This document shows, one piece after another, positions 30,311-41,301 of a stretch of 64,000 nt of DNA; within the stretch, counting starts at the first letter, position 1, and each line of letters begins with the position of its first letter. The translations under genes and the position numbers were made by a program. The DNA comes from an uncultured beta proteobacterium (lineage in GTDB: Bacteria > Pseudomonadota > Gammaproteobacteria > Burkholderiales > SHXO01): assembly GCA_963741215.1 (NCBI GenBank), contig CAVUHQ010000024.1:10389-74388 (forward strand), written 5' to 3'. Under the pieces are notes generated by a model, which saw nothing but the letters and a program-made list of their open reading frames with translations, searched no databases and had not been told where the DNA came from.

Positions 30311-32000
30311 TCACGCATCGAAGCGATCGGTGACGGCTCCGACGCTGGCGGTGGAAACGAGCTTGATGTACTTGGCCATCAACCCGCGCGTGTAACGCGG
30401 CGCCGGCTGCTTCCACTGGGCGCGGCGCTTCGCCAGCTCTTCGTCGGAGACGTTGAGCTGGAGCAGGCGCTTGTGCGCATCGATGGTGATCGAGTCGCCT
30501 TCCTTCACCAGTGCGATCGTCCCGCCGACGAAGGCTTCCGGGGCGACGTGCCCGACCACCATGCCCCAGGTACCGCCGGAGAAGCGCCCATCGGTGATCA
30601 GCCCGACCGACTCGCCCAGGCCTTGACCGATGAGTGCGGAGGTCGGCGCCAGCATCTCCTGCATCCCGGGGCCGCCCTTCGGTCCTTCGTAGCGGATGAC
30701 GATCACGTCGCCGGGCTTGATCTTCTTGCCCATGATCGCCTCCATGCGTCTCGTGCTCGGAGTCGAACACGCGCGCTGGACCGGTGATGACGGGGTTCTT
30801 GAGCCCGGTGATCTTGGCCACGCAGCCCTCAGGCGCGAGGTTGCCCGCGCAGGATGGCGAGGTGGCCCTGCGCGTACATCGGTTTGTCCCATTGGCGGAT
30901 CACGTCCTGGTCCTGGCGCGGATTATCCGGCACGCTGCTCAAGTTCCTCGGCGATGGTCCTGCCCGGTGATCGTCAGGCAATCGCCGTGCAGCAGCCCGT
31001 GCTTGAGCAGCATCTTGAGCACCTGCGGCACGCCGCCCGCGCGGTGGAAATCCACCGCCACGTAGCGGCCCGAAGGCTTGAGATCGCACAACACGGGAAC
31101 CTTCTGGCGGATGCGCTCGAAGTCGTCGATGGTCCACTCGACCTCGGCGGCAGACGCAATCGCCAGGAAATGCAGCACCGCGTTGGTCGAGCCACCGGTG
31201 GCCATCACCAGCGCGATGGCGTTCTCGATCGACTTGCGCGTGATGATGTCGCGCGGTCGGATGTTCTTGCGTATCGCGTCGACTAGCACCTTCGCCGAAG
31301 CGGCCGCGGAGTCGGCCTTCTCCGCATCGGGCGAGGCCATCTGCGAGGATCCCAGCAGGCTCATGCCGAGCGCCTCGAACGACGACGACATGGTGTTGGC
31401 GGTGTACATCCCGCCGCAAGCGCCCACGCTCGGACAGGCGTTCTTCTCGATGCCGTCGAAGTCTTCCTTGGACATCTTGCCGGCGGTAAATGCACCGACC
31501 GCCTCGAACGGGCTCACGATGGTGAGCGCCTGGCCCTTCCAGGTGCCGGGCTTGATCGTGCCGGCATACACGTAGATGGCCGGAACATTCATGCGCGCGA
31601 TCGCCATCATGCCGCCGGGCATGTTCTTGTCGCAGCCGCCCACCACCAGCACGCCGTCCATCATCTGGCCGTTGACCGAGGTCTCGATGGCATCGGCGAT
31701 CACCTCGCGCGACACCAGCGAGTACTTCATGCCTTCGGTGCCCATGCCGATGCCGTCGGTAACCGTGGGGGTGCCGAACACCTGCGGCATCGCGCCGGCG
31801 TCCTTCAGCGCGGCCATGGCGCGATCCACCAGCGGTTGAATGCCGGCGTTGCACGGGTTCATGTTGGAATGACCGTTGGCCACGCCGACGATGGGCTTGT
31901 CGAAGTCGGTGTCGGTGAAGCCGACTGCGCGCAGCATGGCGCGGTTGGGGGAGCGCGCCACGCCTGCGGTGATGAGTTTGGAACGCCAGTTGTCAGCCAT
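30311..32000 (-). CDS. ilvD: dihydroxy-acid dehydratase (>=3 apparent frameshifts)
   Basis: ORF 30939-32000 ([28 protein letters not shown]...GGCDKNMPG...[16 protein letters not shown]) plus ORF 30311-30892 ([28 protein letters not shown]...[13 protein letters not shown]...VTDRFDA*). Short linking pieces lie in two other frames around 30760-30950. Confidence 0.9.
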
Positions 32001-32151
32001 GGGTTTCTCCTGCTCGAGTCTCGCGGAATTGTTGTTTTCGGGCCAGGCGGCGGCGGGGCGGAGCCGCGCGCACAGAATGCGCAGTCTGGGTGAGCCCGAT
32101 GCACCTGTCTAATATATTATTCCAGCCCATTGATATTCGTGCGAGATCACG

Positions 32152-32990
32152 ATGGAGTTGCGCCATCTGCGCTATTTCGTCACCGTGGCCGAGGAGCTGC
32201 ACTTCGGGCGCGCGGCCGTCAGGCTGCACTTGTCGCAGCCGCCGCTGTCCATGCAGATCAAAGCGCTCGAGTCGGAGATCGGCACGCAATTGCTCGAGCG
32301 CAGCCGGCGCAAGGTGGAGTTGACACCGGCGGGCGCGGTGTTCCTGCGCGAGGCGCGCGAGATCCTCGCTCGCGTGGAGCAGGCGACCGCGGCGGCGCAA
32401 CGCGCCGGCCGCGGCGAGATCGGCGAGTTGACGGTCGGATTCGTCAGCATCGCCGACTACAACGTGCTGCCTCTGGTGCTGTCCGAGTTTCGCGCTCCGC
32501 ATGCCCCGGGGTGCCGCTTGAACCTGCGCGAAGCCACGACCGATGCGCTAGCTGCTCGATCTCGCCGAGCAGCGCATCGACGTGGGCTTCGTGCTGGCTC
32601 CGATCCAGGACGACAGGTCTGGACACGCGTGCCGCTGCTGCGCGAGCCGCTGGTGGCGGCACTGCCCGAAGCGCCATCCCCTGGCGCGTGCCCGCGGGCC
32701 GTTTGTCGCTGGCGCGACTGGCCGATTCCCCCTTCATCCTGTTCCCGCGCCACATGGCTCCGGGACTGTATGACGACGTGGTGAGCTTCTGCCGCAGCGC
32801 CGGCTTCAGCCCACGCGTGGAACAGGAGGCGGTGCAGATGCAGACCATCATCAGTCTGGTGTCGGCCGGGCTGGGCGTGGCCCTGATCCCCGCTTCGATG
32901 CGCAACCTCGGGCGCACCGGAGTGGTGTATCGGCGCCTGCGCGAGAACAGCCCGCAAACCGAGATCCTGGTCGCCTGGCGCAAGAGGTGA
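32152..32990 (+). CDS. LysR-family transcriptional regulator, divergent from ilvD (several apparent frameshifts)
   Basis: The N-terminal wHTH is MELRHLRYFVTVAEELHFGRAAVRLHLSQPPLSMQIKALESEIGTQLLERSRRKVELTPAG. The C-terminal effector domain is in ORF 32130-32990 (FILFPRHMAPGLYDDVVSFCRSAGFSPRVEQEAVQMQTIISLVSAGLGVALIP). Confidence 0.85.
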
Positions 32991-33077
32991 AACCGCACCG
33001 GCACTCGTGCGTTTCTTGGAATCGGTGGAGGAGGTGGTCGGAGCGGCGTGTGCGCCGCCCCGGCCGCAAGCGTTGAG

Positions 33078-33569
33078 ATGGCGCTGACGTTCCGCCGTCC
33101 TGGAACCGAGGACGGCAACTGTAGAACTACCGGGCGAAGCCGCTACACTTGAGCTGGGCGCGCGGCTGGCAGCAACGCTGCGCCCTGGCGTTGGTTGTCT
33201 ATCTAAGCGGCGAACTCGGGGCCGGCAAAACCACCCTGGTGCGGGGTTGTCTGCGCGCGCTGGGGTACCGCGGGCGGGTGAAGAGCCCGACGTTTGCCTT
33301 GGTTGAAGTTTACAGACTTTCTAGCTTATACTTGCATCACTTTGATTTCTATCGATTCAACGACCCACGAGAGTGGGTGGATGCAGGTTTCCGCGACGTG
33401 TTCGGCGGGGACAACGTCTGCCTCGTGGAATGGCCGGAAAAAGCCGGAGATCAGCTGCCACCCGCCGACCTCGTGGATCCGGTTGGAGCACGCGGGAGAC
33501 GGGCGCATTGCCCGCATTACCGCGAATACAGAAGCGGGTAGTCAGTGTCTAGAGGAATTGAGCGCATAG
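33078..33569 (+). CDS. tsaE: tRNA t6A biosynthesis ATPase TsaE (YjeE) (>=3 apparent frameshifts)
   Basis: The core is in ORF 33149-33541: VVYLSGELGAGKTTLVRG...VKSPTFALVEVY...LYLHHFDFYRFNDPREW...CLVEWPEKAG. N-terminal EAATLELGARLAATLRPG and C-terminal IRLEHAGDGRIARITANTEAG (ORF 33294-33569) are in other frames. Confidence 0.75.
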
Positions 33570-33603
33570 AGCGCGAGGGGCGCACGTCCTCCCGCACTTC
33601 AGC

Positions 33604-34986
33604 GTGCGGGCCGTGCCCGCTTGCCCTTCGTCCGCGCGCTGTCGATCACGTTGTGGGGCCTGCTGCTTGCTATGTCTCATGCCGACGCTGTCTGAGGCCG
33701 CCGTTGGCATCTCGGCGGTGCGCGTCTGGCCGGCTCCCGAGTACACCCGGATCACCATCGAATCCGCCAGGCCAATCGAGTACACCCTGTTCACCACCAG
33801 GAATCCCGATCGGCTGGTGCTGGATCTCGAGGACGTCGAGTCGAGCGCACAGCTCGACGGCCTTCCGGCACGAGTCGGGGTGGACGATCCCTACATCGCA
33901 CAAGTGCGGGTCGGACGCAACCGGCCCGGCGTCGTACGACTGGTGCTCGAGCTGCGCGGCGAGATCAAGCCCCAGGCGTTCTCGCTCAAGCCCGTCGGTG
34001 AATACGCGCATCGCCTGGTGCTGGACATCTATCCAGCGCATCCAGTGGATCCGCTGATGGCACTGGTGGAGCAGCTCGACCGGGAGAAGGCGTCGGTTGC
34101 AGCCGCTGCGCCGGAGTCGGTTTCGCAGCAACGGCCGGAACCGCAGTTCGCCACCCAGCCTGCCTGCACAAACCAGCAAGGAGCAGCGTCAAGCGGAAAC
34201 GGAACAGGTCAAGCCCGCGGACAAGCCCAGCCGCACGCGCAAGGACCGACCGCAGACCGGAGTCGTACCGGCTGGTGACTATCGTGATCGACGCCGGCCA
34301 TGGCGGCGAGGACCCGGGCGCAAAAGGCCGGCACGGGACGTACGAGAAGAACGTAACGCTCGCCATCGCGCGCAAGCTCAAGGCGCTGGTCGATGCAGAG
34401 CCGAACATGCGCGGGGTGCTGGTGCGCGACGGCGACTACTTCGTGCCGCTGCACGAACGCGTGAACAAGGCGCGCAAGGTGCGTGGCGGACCTGTTCGTC
34501 TCGATCCACGCCGACGCCTATGTCAAGCCGCATGCCCGCGGCTCGTCGGTCTTCGCGCTATCTGAGCGCGGGGCGACTTCCGTCGCTGCGCGCTGGCTGG
34601 CCAAGAAGGAGAACGAGGCCGACCTGATCGGCGGCGTGAATCTGGACGTGGCCGATCCGTACGTGAAGCAGGTGTTGCTCGACCTGTCCCAGACGGCCAC
34701 CATCAACGACAGCATCAAGCTCGGGCGCGCGGTGCTCGACGAGATCGGCGGCATCAACACCCTGCACAAGGCGCGGGTGGAGCAGGCCGGCTTTGCCGTG
34801 CTGAAGGCCCCCGACATCCCCTCGATCCTGGTGGAGACCGCCTTCATCAGCAATCCGAACGAGGAGAAGAAGCTGAGCCGGCCCGAGTATCAGGACCAGC
34901 TGGCCGGCGCGATCCTGCAGGGCGTCCGTAAGTATTTCGCCAAGAACCCGCCGCTGGCCCGCGACAAGGTGGCAGTCAATCCTTGA
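33604..34986 (+). CDS. amiC: N-acetylmuramoyl-L-alanine amidase with AMIN domain (AmiB/AmiC type) (>=3 apparent frameshifts)
   Basis: AMIN domain: [43 protein letters not shown] (ORF 33604..). Catalytic domain: [16 protein letters not shown] (ORF 34275..) and [10 protein letters not shown]...[27 protein letters not shown] (ORF 34483-34986). Confidence 0.85.
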
Positions 34987-35164
34987 CGCGGCAAGGCCGC
35001 GCCTTGCGCCCGAGCGCCCGTCGTTTTAGGATGGACGCAAACCTACTGCACCCTGAGGGGTCCGCACCAGGCAGGGATTTGAGCCCGCCGACATTCAGGT
35101 CCCCGGGGCTACACACGACGGGGGTCGAGATCGAGGCGCTCAGGGAAAACAGGCGCTTAAGGAA

Positions 35165-35467
35165 TTGCAATGGAACAACTCAGACTCAGCCTCCCGTCAA
35201 GAGACGCGGCGCAACCCCTTCACGCGGCTTCTGTTCGGCCTGCTTGCACTGCTGGTTGGGCTCGCCGTGCTCGCCTTGGTGGTGTTCGTCGTCCTTCCGC
35301 TGGCTGGGATCATCGTCTCGGCCGCTGTCGGCGGCATGATCCTGGCCCTCGCCGGCGTGGTGATGATGATTCCCTTTCTGCTGATCGCCGCGACGGTCTT
35401 GATCTTCCTCTCGCGTTCCAGTGCGCGCCGGCACGCCAGCGTTCGCACCCACTCCATCGGGCGTTGA
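35165..35467 (+). CDS. small hydrophobic membrane protein, hypothetical
   Basis: 100-aa ORF with AAGGAA 6 nt upstream of the ATG and three long hydrophobic stretches. No family recognised. Confidence 0.45.
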   Translation: MQWNNSDSASRQETRRNPFTRLLFGLLALLVGLAVLALVVFVVLPLAGIIVSAAVGGMILALAGVVMMIPFLLIAATVLIFLSRSSARRHASVRTHSIGR

Positions 35468-35516
35468 GTTTCGGCGGCCGGACGGTGACTCGCGCGGCGC
35501 GACGGTCGTCGCGCTC

Positions 35517-36090
35517 ATGATCACCGGCATTCTGCTGGCGGCGGGCGCAGGAACGCGCTTCGGCGGCCGCAAGCTGCTCCATCTCCTCCCCGACGGCACC
35601 CCGCATCGGACTGGCGGCGCTGCGCAACCTCAGGTCCGCCCTCTCCCACGTGGTGGCTGTTGTCCGCCCAGGCGACGACGAGCTCCGCGAGCTGCTGGCG
35701 TCCGGAGGGGCCGTTGTGATCGAGTGCGCCGCCGCCGAGCACGGCATGGGACATAGTCTGGCGGCAGGCGTTGCCGACACGTCCGGCGCAGACGGCTGGG
35801 TGATTGCTCTCGGGGACATGCCTTCGATACGGCCTCGGACCATCCTGGCCGTTGCGCAACAACTGGAGCAGGGCGCCGAGATCGTAGTGCCGGTGTTTGC
35901 TGGCGAGCGCGGCCACCCAGTGGGGTTCGGGCGCAGATTTCGCAACGACCTGATGGCCGTGACCGGCGACGCGGGCGCGCGCACCATTCTGCGGGCTCAC
36001 CCTGAGGCGGTGCACCGCCTGGAAGTGGACGATCCTGCGGTGTTGCAGGATCTAGATACGATGGAGGATGTCCGCCGGCTCCTGAGTTAG
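35517..36090 (+). CDS. MobA/MocA-like nucleotidyltransferase (NTP_transf_3 family) (one apparent frameshift)
   Basis: ATG 35517 gives MITGILLAAGAGTRFGGRKLL (LAAGxGxRxG motif). It continues in ORF 35650-36090 (GMGHSLAAGV...WVIALGDMPSIRPRTI...VVPVFAGERGHPVGF). The indel lies near 35600. Confidence 0.75.
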
Positions 36091-36115
36091 CCCGCCACTG
36101 TCAGCCCGCCACCAC

Positions 36116-39100
36116 TCACGGCTTGAGGACAATCGCTTTGAGGTTGCCGGTGATCCTGAAGGTTCCCTTCACCACGTTGGAGCTGGAGCGCAACTCCACG
36201 TATGCGCGACCGTTCACGTCCCGGTTGGGCAGCAGCTCGCCCGCCGCGCTGGCGCTGAGCAAGCCGGCAGTAAGACGCACGTTGCTGTAACTATATCGCG
36301 TGCCGGCCACCGAGAGGCTGCCGGACAACTCGTCGAACTTGGTCTTTCCGCCCTGCACGCCGTCGCGCGAGGGCGACTGCAGTGCACGCACGAAGTCGAA
36401 GCCTGACAAACTGCCCTTTTGCACAGTGAAGGCGGCATCGACGCGGGGGTTCTCGAACAAGGTGTCCAGCGCGTTGCTCTGCAGGACATAGCGGCCTTTC
36501 GCATCCAGTTTGCCGTCGGAGAGGATCTCGATCTTGAGTGCCTTCATCCCCGGCTCCAGGTCAATCCGCTTCAAGTCGAACTCCCCCTCGAGGCTCCAGG
36601 AAGGACCCCAGCTCACCACGGCCTGGCCTTTGCCCTGACCGCCATACAGGTAGAAATCCATTTCGCTGAGCTGGAGCTGGCTCCCGCTCAACACGCCCTT
36701 GGCCTGGCCTTCGACCAGCTCGAGCGCGGGCCCCAAGGGAAGCGTGAGCCCCTTCACCCGCAGGTTGACATCCGCCTCCGCGCCCTTGGGCAGTATCTCG
36801 GCCTCGAAGCGCCCACCACCCGTCTCGATGGTAGCGCGCGTCACTCTTCCGTCCGCGCGCCATGAATACGGTTGCGTCGAACGGCGGCAGCGTCGCGCCT
36901 TTCACGTCCACCTTGGTGCCCTTGAACACGACTTTTTGAACCTTGAGGTTGCGTCCTTGCGCCTCTTCGCTGCCGAGCCAGCGCGGCAGCCGTGCGAGGA
37001 CCTCCTGCTTGGCCTGAAGCTGATCGATCTGCAAGGTGGTGATGACCTTCTGGTCGGCGAACAGCGATCCGAAGTCCATGTACGCCGTCACGCTGGGCAC
37101 CCGCACGTCCTGCTGCATGCCGATGGTCACGTTGTCGAATTTCAAGTGGAATCCCGGGAACACCGAGGCGTGCACCGAGCCGATGTGCACCGGCTCGCCG
37201 ATCGCGTCGGAGGCTAGTTTCTCCATCTGGGGCGCGTAGGCCGACATCGGCGCAACCTGGATGCCACCGATCACCAAGGCAATCAGAACGACGACGGCGA
37301 CCAGCGTGATGCGGCCCGGCCCCCAGGCGATCTTCTTCGCCTCTTTGGCCAGGCGCTCGCGTTCGGACTTCTTGCGATCGAGCTGCTCCTGTTCGGCCCT
37401 CTTCCGTGCCAAGGCCTCCTCGCGCGCGCGCTGCTCCTGCTCACGCCGTTCACGCTCGCGTTTCTTGCGCTCCTCCTCGGATTTCTTCTTGCGCTCCTCC
37501 TGCTCCTTGGCCCGTTTCTCTTTGTCTTCCTGCTGGCGCAGGATGCCCTCTTCCCGTGCCCGCTGCTCGGCTTCGCGGCGGGCGCGATCGGCCGCCAGAG
37601 CCAGCTCGCGCGCCTCGTGGTCGGCCTTCTCGCGCGCTTCGCGCTCGGCGCGGTCCATGGCGTTGCGCGCTTCCTCCTCCAGGCGAAAGCGGCGTTCCTG
37701 CTCTTCGAGGGCATTGCGGATCACTTCTTCCTTGGCCATGAACTCCTTCTCGACCTCGGCCTCGGCGCGCCTCAAGGCATCGAGGTCCGAGCCGCCCGAC
37801 GCGGCTGTCATGTCCAGGCTGGGGAAGGCGTGCGCTGACCGCTGCTGCTCCTCTTCGCGCCGCCGGCGTTCCTCGTCGTCCTTGCGCTTGCGCTCGTCTT
37901 CCTGGCGCCGGCGCTCCGCTTCCTCGCGGCGGGTGCGCTCTTCATTCTCACGGCGACGCTCGTCCTCCGCGCGACGACGCTCCTCGTCTTCACGCTGCCT
38001 GCGCTCGTCCTCCTGGCGACGGCGCTCCTCGTCTTCGCGCTGCCGCGCTCCTGGTCCTGCGTGCTGCGCTCGTCTTCCTCGCGTTGCTTGCGCTCTTCCT
38101 CCTCGCGCTGCTGGCGTTCCTGTTCCTCGCGCTGCTCGCGTTCTTGCGGCGTCTCTTGCAAACGCCTGAGCAACTCTTCTTCCTCGCGCCGGTGGCGCTC
38201 CTCGAGCTCGCGGCGCAACCGCTCCGCTTCCTCCTTGCGCTTGCGCTCCTCCTCCTCTTTGCGCTTGCGCTCTTCCTCCTCTTTGCGTTTGCGTTCCTCT
38301 TCCTCTTTGCGCTTGCGCTCTTCCTCTTCGCGGCGCTTGCGCTCCTCTTCCTCTTTACGCTTGCGCTCTTCCTCTTCGCGGCGCTTGCGCTCCTCTTCCT
38401 CCTTGCGCTTGCGCTCTTCCTCTTCGCGGCGCTTGCGCTCCTCTTCCTCCTTGCGCTTGCGCTCTTCCTCTTCGCGGCGCTTGCGCTCCTCTTCCTCTTT
38501 GCGCTTGCGCTCTTCCTCTTCGCGGCGCTTGCGCTCCTCTTCCTCTTTGCGCTTGCGCTCCTCTTCCTCCTTGCGCTTGCGCTCTTCCTCCTCCTTGCGC
38601 TTGCGCTCCTCTTCCTCCTTGCGCTTGCGCTCTTCCTCTTCGCGGCGCTTGCGTTCCTCTTCCTCTTTGCGCTTGCGCTCCTCCTCCTCTTTGCGCTTGC
38701 GCTCCTCTTCTTCCTTGCGCTTGCGCTCTTCCTCTTCCTTGCGCTTGCGCTCCTCCTCTTCTCGCCGGCGACGTTCTTCCTCTTCGCGGCGCTTGCGCTC
38801 CGCCTCCTCCTCCAAGCGCTTGCGCTCCGCCTCTACCCGCGCCGCCGCCTCGGCCTGGATCTTGGCGCGGCGCTCCGCCTCCTCGCGGGCCTTGCGCTCG
38901 ACTTCCTCCTTGGCGCGAGCTTCGGCTTCACGCCTTTCCCGTTCCTTGCGCTCGGCTTCCTCCTTGGCGCGCCTGGGCTCATCCAGGCGTGCGCGCATTT
39001 CCGCCTCCAGCTTTTCGCGGCGGCTCTGTTCCTCCTTCGCTTTGCGCTCAGCCTCCTCGCGGATACGGCGCGCCATTTCCTCCTCGCGGGCGCGACGCGT

Positions 39101-39556
39101 CGCTTCTTCCTTGTTGCGCTTTTCGGCTTCCTCGCGCGCCTTGGTAGCAGCCGCCTCCGACGCCTTGCGTTCCGCCTCTTCGCGCTGTTTCTGCTCGGTC
39201 TGCGCGCTCTGGTAGAAGCCGGGTTTGGCCGGTTTCGCCGGCCCGAGGATCTGGGTGAAGTCGAGGTCGTCGACGTAGGAGGCGCTCGGAGGCACCGGCG
39301 GGACAGTGGCGCTCCCGTAATCGCTGCCGACGTTGGGGTTGGTGAACTCTTTGATGAACCCGCCCTCGGACAAGGCGCTGAGGACCTTGCGCAGTTCGAT
39401 TTCGGTGATACGGCCCTTCTCGACCAAGGCGTCGAGCGTGGCTTTGCCGTCCACCAGGTTCAGCACCCTGAACTGATCTTTCGACAGGCGGTTGGACTTG
39501 TTTTTGATCTCCAACAGGCCCTTGCCGGTTTTGGAGAATACCGTCGTCTTGTTCAT
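36116..39556 (-). CDS. ~1146-aa bitopic protein: N-terminal small domain + ~625-aa Glu/Arg/Lys-rich segment + TM + AsmA-like periplasmic domain (2 apparent frameshifts)
   Basis: ORFs 37808-39556, 36561-37811 and 36116-36844 join near 38045 and 36850. Shifting one frame at ~38045 gives continuous REDEERRRQEDERRQREDEERRR...EEQQRSAHAFPSLDMTAAS. The TM is RITLVAVVVLIALVIGGIQV (about 37256-37313). After the TM, YAPQMEKLASDAIGEPVHIGSVHASVFPGFHLKFDNVTIG, and the C-terminal FDELSGSLSVAGTRYSYSNVRLTAGLL...FRITGNLKAIVLKP, resemble AsmA-family N- and C-terminal regions. Confidence 0.75.
38234..38785 (-). repeat. 23 tandem copies of a 24-nt unit encoding EEEERKR[K/R]
   Basis: The plus strand reads GCGCTTGCGCTCTTCCTCCTCTTT-like units head to tail. 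The translated minus strand gives EEEERRRR, then 22 x EEEERKR(K/R). K/R alternation in the middle gives a 48-nt higher-order period. Entirely inside the CDS 36116-39556. Confidence 0.9.
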
Positions 39557-39645
39557 TGCCCTTGCGTGGTTGCAGACACCCGGCGCGGATCTGCCTTGGG
39601 AGTTGGATGGCCGGCGGAGGGGCCCAGCGCCCCGCAGCCGGTCAC

Positions 39646-39651
39646 ATTATA
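39646..39651 (-). promoter_or_regulatory. candidate -10 box (perfect TATAAT) upstream of the Glu/Arg/Lys-rich gene
   Basis: The minus strand reads ...GGGACCAAAATCGGGGCTCCCCGCC TATAAT GTGACC..., about 90 nt upstream of ATG 39556 in the 257-nt gap after pntB. The -35 is weak (GGGACC, 19-nt spacer). A perfect TATAAT is unusual in this GC-rich context. Confidence 0.3.
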
Positions 39652-39813
39652 GGCGGGGAGCCCCGATTTTGGTCCCTCCGACAAGCATTTGGCGTGCCTT
39701 CTCAGGGCCTCCGGCATCCGCGTGGCGTTTTGGGGTGTCCGCCGCACAGGGGACGGGCTCTGCGCTTGCGGCGCTCCCGGGTCGGCCGCCTGGCCAAACC
39801 CCCGAAACATCGC

Positions 39814-41214
39814 CTAGGAGAGAGACTTTACGATGTCCTCGACGACCTTTTTGGCGTCGCCAAACACCATCATCGTCTTATCCATGTAGAACAACTCGTT
39901 GTCCAGGCCCGCATAGCCGGCAGCCATCGACCGTTTGTTCACAATCACGGTCCGCGCCTTGTAGGCCTCGAGGATCGGCATGCCGTAAATCGCGCTGCCC
40001 GGCGTCTTGGCGGCCGGATTCACTACGTCATTGGCGCCCAGGATCAGGGCCACATCGCTGGTGCCGAAGTCACTGTTGATGTCCTCCATCTCGAACACCT
40101 GATCGTAGGGGACCTCGGCCTCAGCCAGGAGCACGTTCATGTGCCCCGGCATGCGGCCCGCGACCGGATGGATGGCGTAGCGCACGTTTACGCCCTTCTC
40201 GATCAGCTTCAGGGCCATCTCCTTCACTGCGTGCTGGGCGCGGGCCACTGCCAGCCCGTAGCCGGGAACAATGATCACCGACTCGGCGTTGGCCATCAGG
40301 AACGCGGCATCCTCGGCACTGCCGCTGCGCACCGCCTTCTGCTGCGCGTCCGTCGCGGCCGCTCCCTCCGCCGCCCCGAATCCCCCCAGGATGACGCTGA
40401 AGAAGGACCGATTCATCGCCTTGCACATGATGTAGGACAGGATCGCGCCGGAGGAGCCGACCAGGCTCCCCGCGATGATCAGCATGGTGTTGTTGAGCGA
40501 GAACCCGATGCCGGCAGCCGCCCACCCCGAGTAGCTGTTCAGCATGGAGATGACCACCGGCATATCGGCTCCGCCGATCGGGATGATGATCAGGACTCCC
40601 AGGACGAAAGCGATGCCGGTCATGACCAGGAACGGCACCCATTGCTGCTCCGCGCCGGCGAAGAAGAATCCCAGGCCGAACCCGACCATCACGAGCGCGA
40701 GCGTGAGATTCACCCAGTGCTGACCGGTAAATACCACGGGCGCGCTGGAGAACAGCCGGAAATGCTTGCCCAGCCCGGCGAGTTTGCCGAAGGCGATGAC
40801 CGAGCCGGAGAACGTGAGCGCCCCGACGAAAGTGCCGATGAACAACTCCAGCTTGTTGCCGCGAGGCAGCGGGTCGTGGATGCCGAAGCTGGACGGGTTG
40901 TGCACCACCGAGATCGCGATCAGCACCGCCGCCATCCCCACGAGAGAATGCATTGCGGCCACCAGCTCCGGCATCTGGGTCATTTCGACGCGTCGTGCGA
41001 CCAGCGCCCCGATGCTGCCGCCGATGGCGAGGCCCACGATGATGAGGAGCCAGTTGTGCGTCACCGACAGCGTAGTGACCACCGCTATGACCATGCCGAC
41101 GATGCCGAACAGATTGCCGCGTCGCGCCGAGGTCGGCGAGGAAAGTCCCTTCAGCGCCAGGATGAAGAGCACCGAAGCGACGAGATACGCCAGGGCGACT
41201 TGGTTGGCAGTCAT
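39814..41214 (-). CDS. pntB: NAD(P) transhydrogenase subunit beta
   Basis: ORF 39814-41247; likely start at MTANQVALAYLVASVLFILALKGLSSPTSARRGN (ATG 41214). C-terminal dIII: GYGLAVARAQH...HPVAGRMPGHMNVLLAEA...ILGANDVVNPAA. Intact. Confidence 0.95.
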   Translation of the reverse strand: MTANQVALAYLVASVLFILALKGLSSPTSARRGNLFGIVGMVIAVVTTLSVTHNWLLIIVGLAIGGSIGALVARRVEMTQMPELVAAMHSLVGMAAVLIAISVVHNPSSFGIHDPLPRGNKLELFIGTFVGALTFSGSVIAFGKLAGLGKHFRLFSSAPVVFTGQHWVNLTLALVMVGFGLGFFFAGAEQQWVPFLVMTGIAFVLGVLIIIPIGGADMPVVISMLNSYSGWAAAGIGFSLNNTMLIIAGSLVGSSGAILSYIMCKAMNRSFFSVILGGFGAAEGAAATDAQQKAVRSGSAEDAAFLMANAESVIIVPGYGLAVARAQHAVKEMALKLIEKGVNVRYAIHPVAGRMPGHMNVLLAEAEVPYDQVFEMEDINSDFGTSDVALILGANDVVNPAAKTPGSAIYGMPILEAYKARTVIVNKRSMAAGYAGLDNELFYMDKTMMVFGDAKKVVEDIVKSLS

Positions 41215-41301
41215 TGGATTCCCGTGGGCGGACGAACAAATGGGCAAACGCGATCTTCACGGTTTTGCTCTGCGAGCGTTGGTAGCTCTCATTCCTTCAC
41301 C

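Noticed and set aside
38234-38785. Possible CRISPR array (regular short repeats)
   Set aside because: The 24-nt units are contiguous with no spacers and lie in frame within a coding region. No cas genes are nearby.
38061-39652. Plus-strand ORFs of 384 and 522 aa reading SSSLRLRSSSS... / LALFLLFAL...
   Set aside because: These are the antisense reading of the EEEERKRK tandem repeat and the surrounding charged region. Their periodic low-complexity sequence is produced automatically by the repeat.
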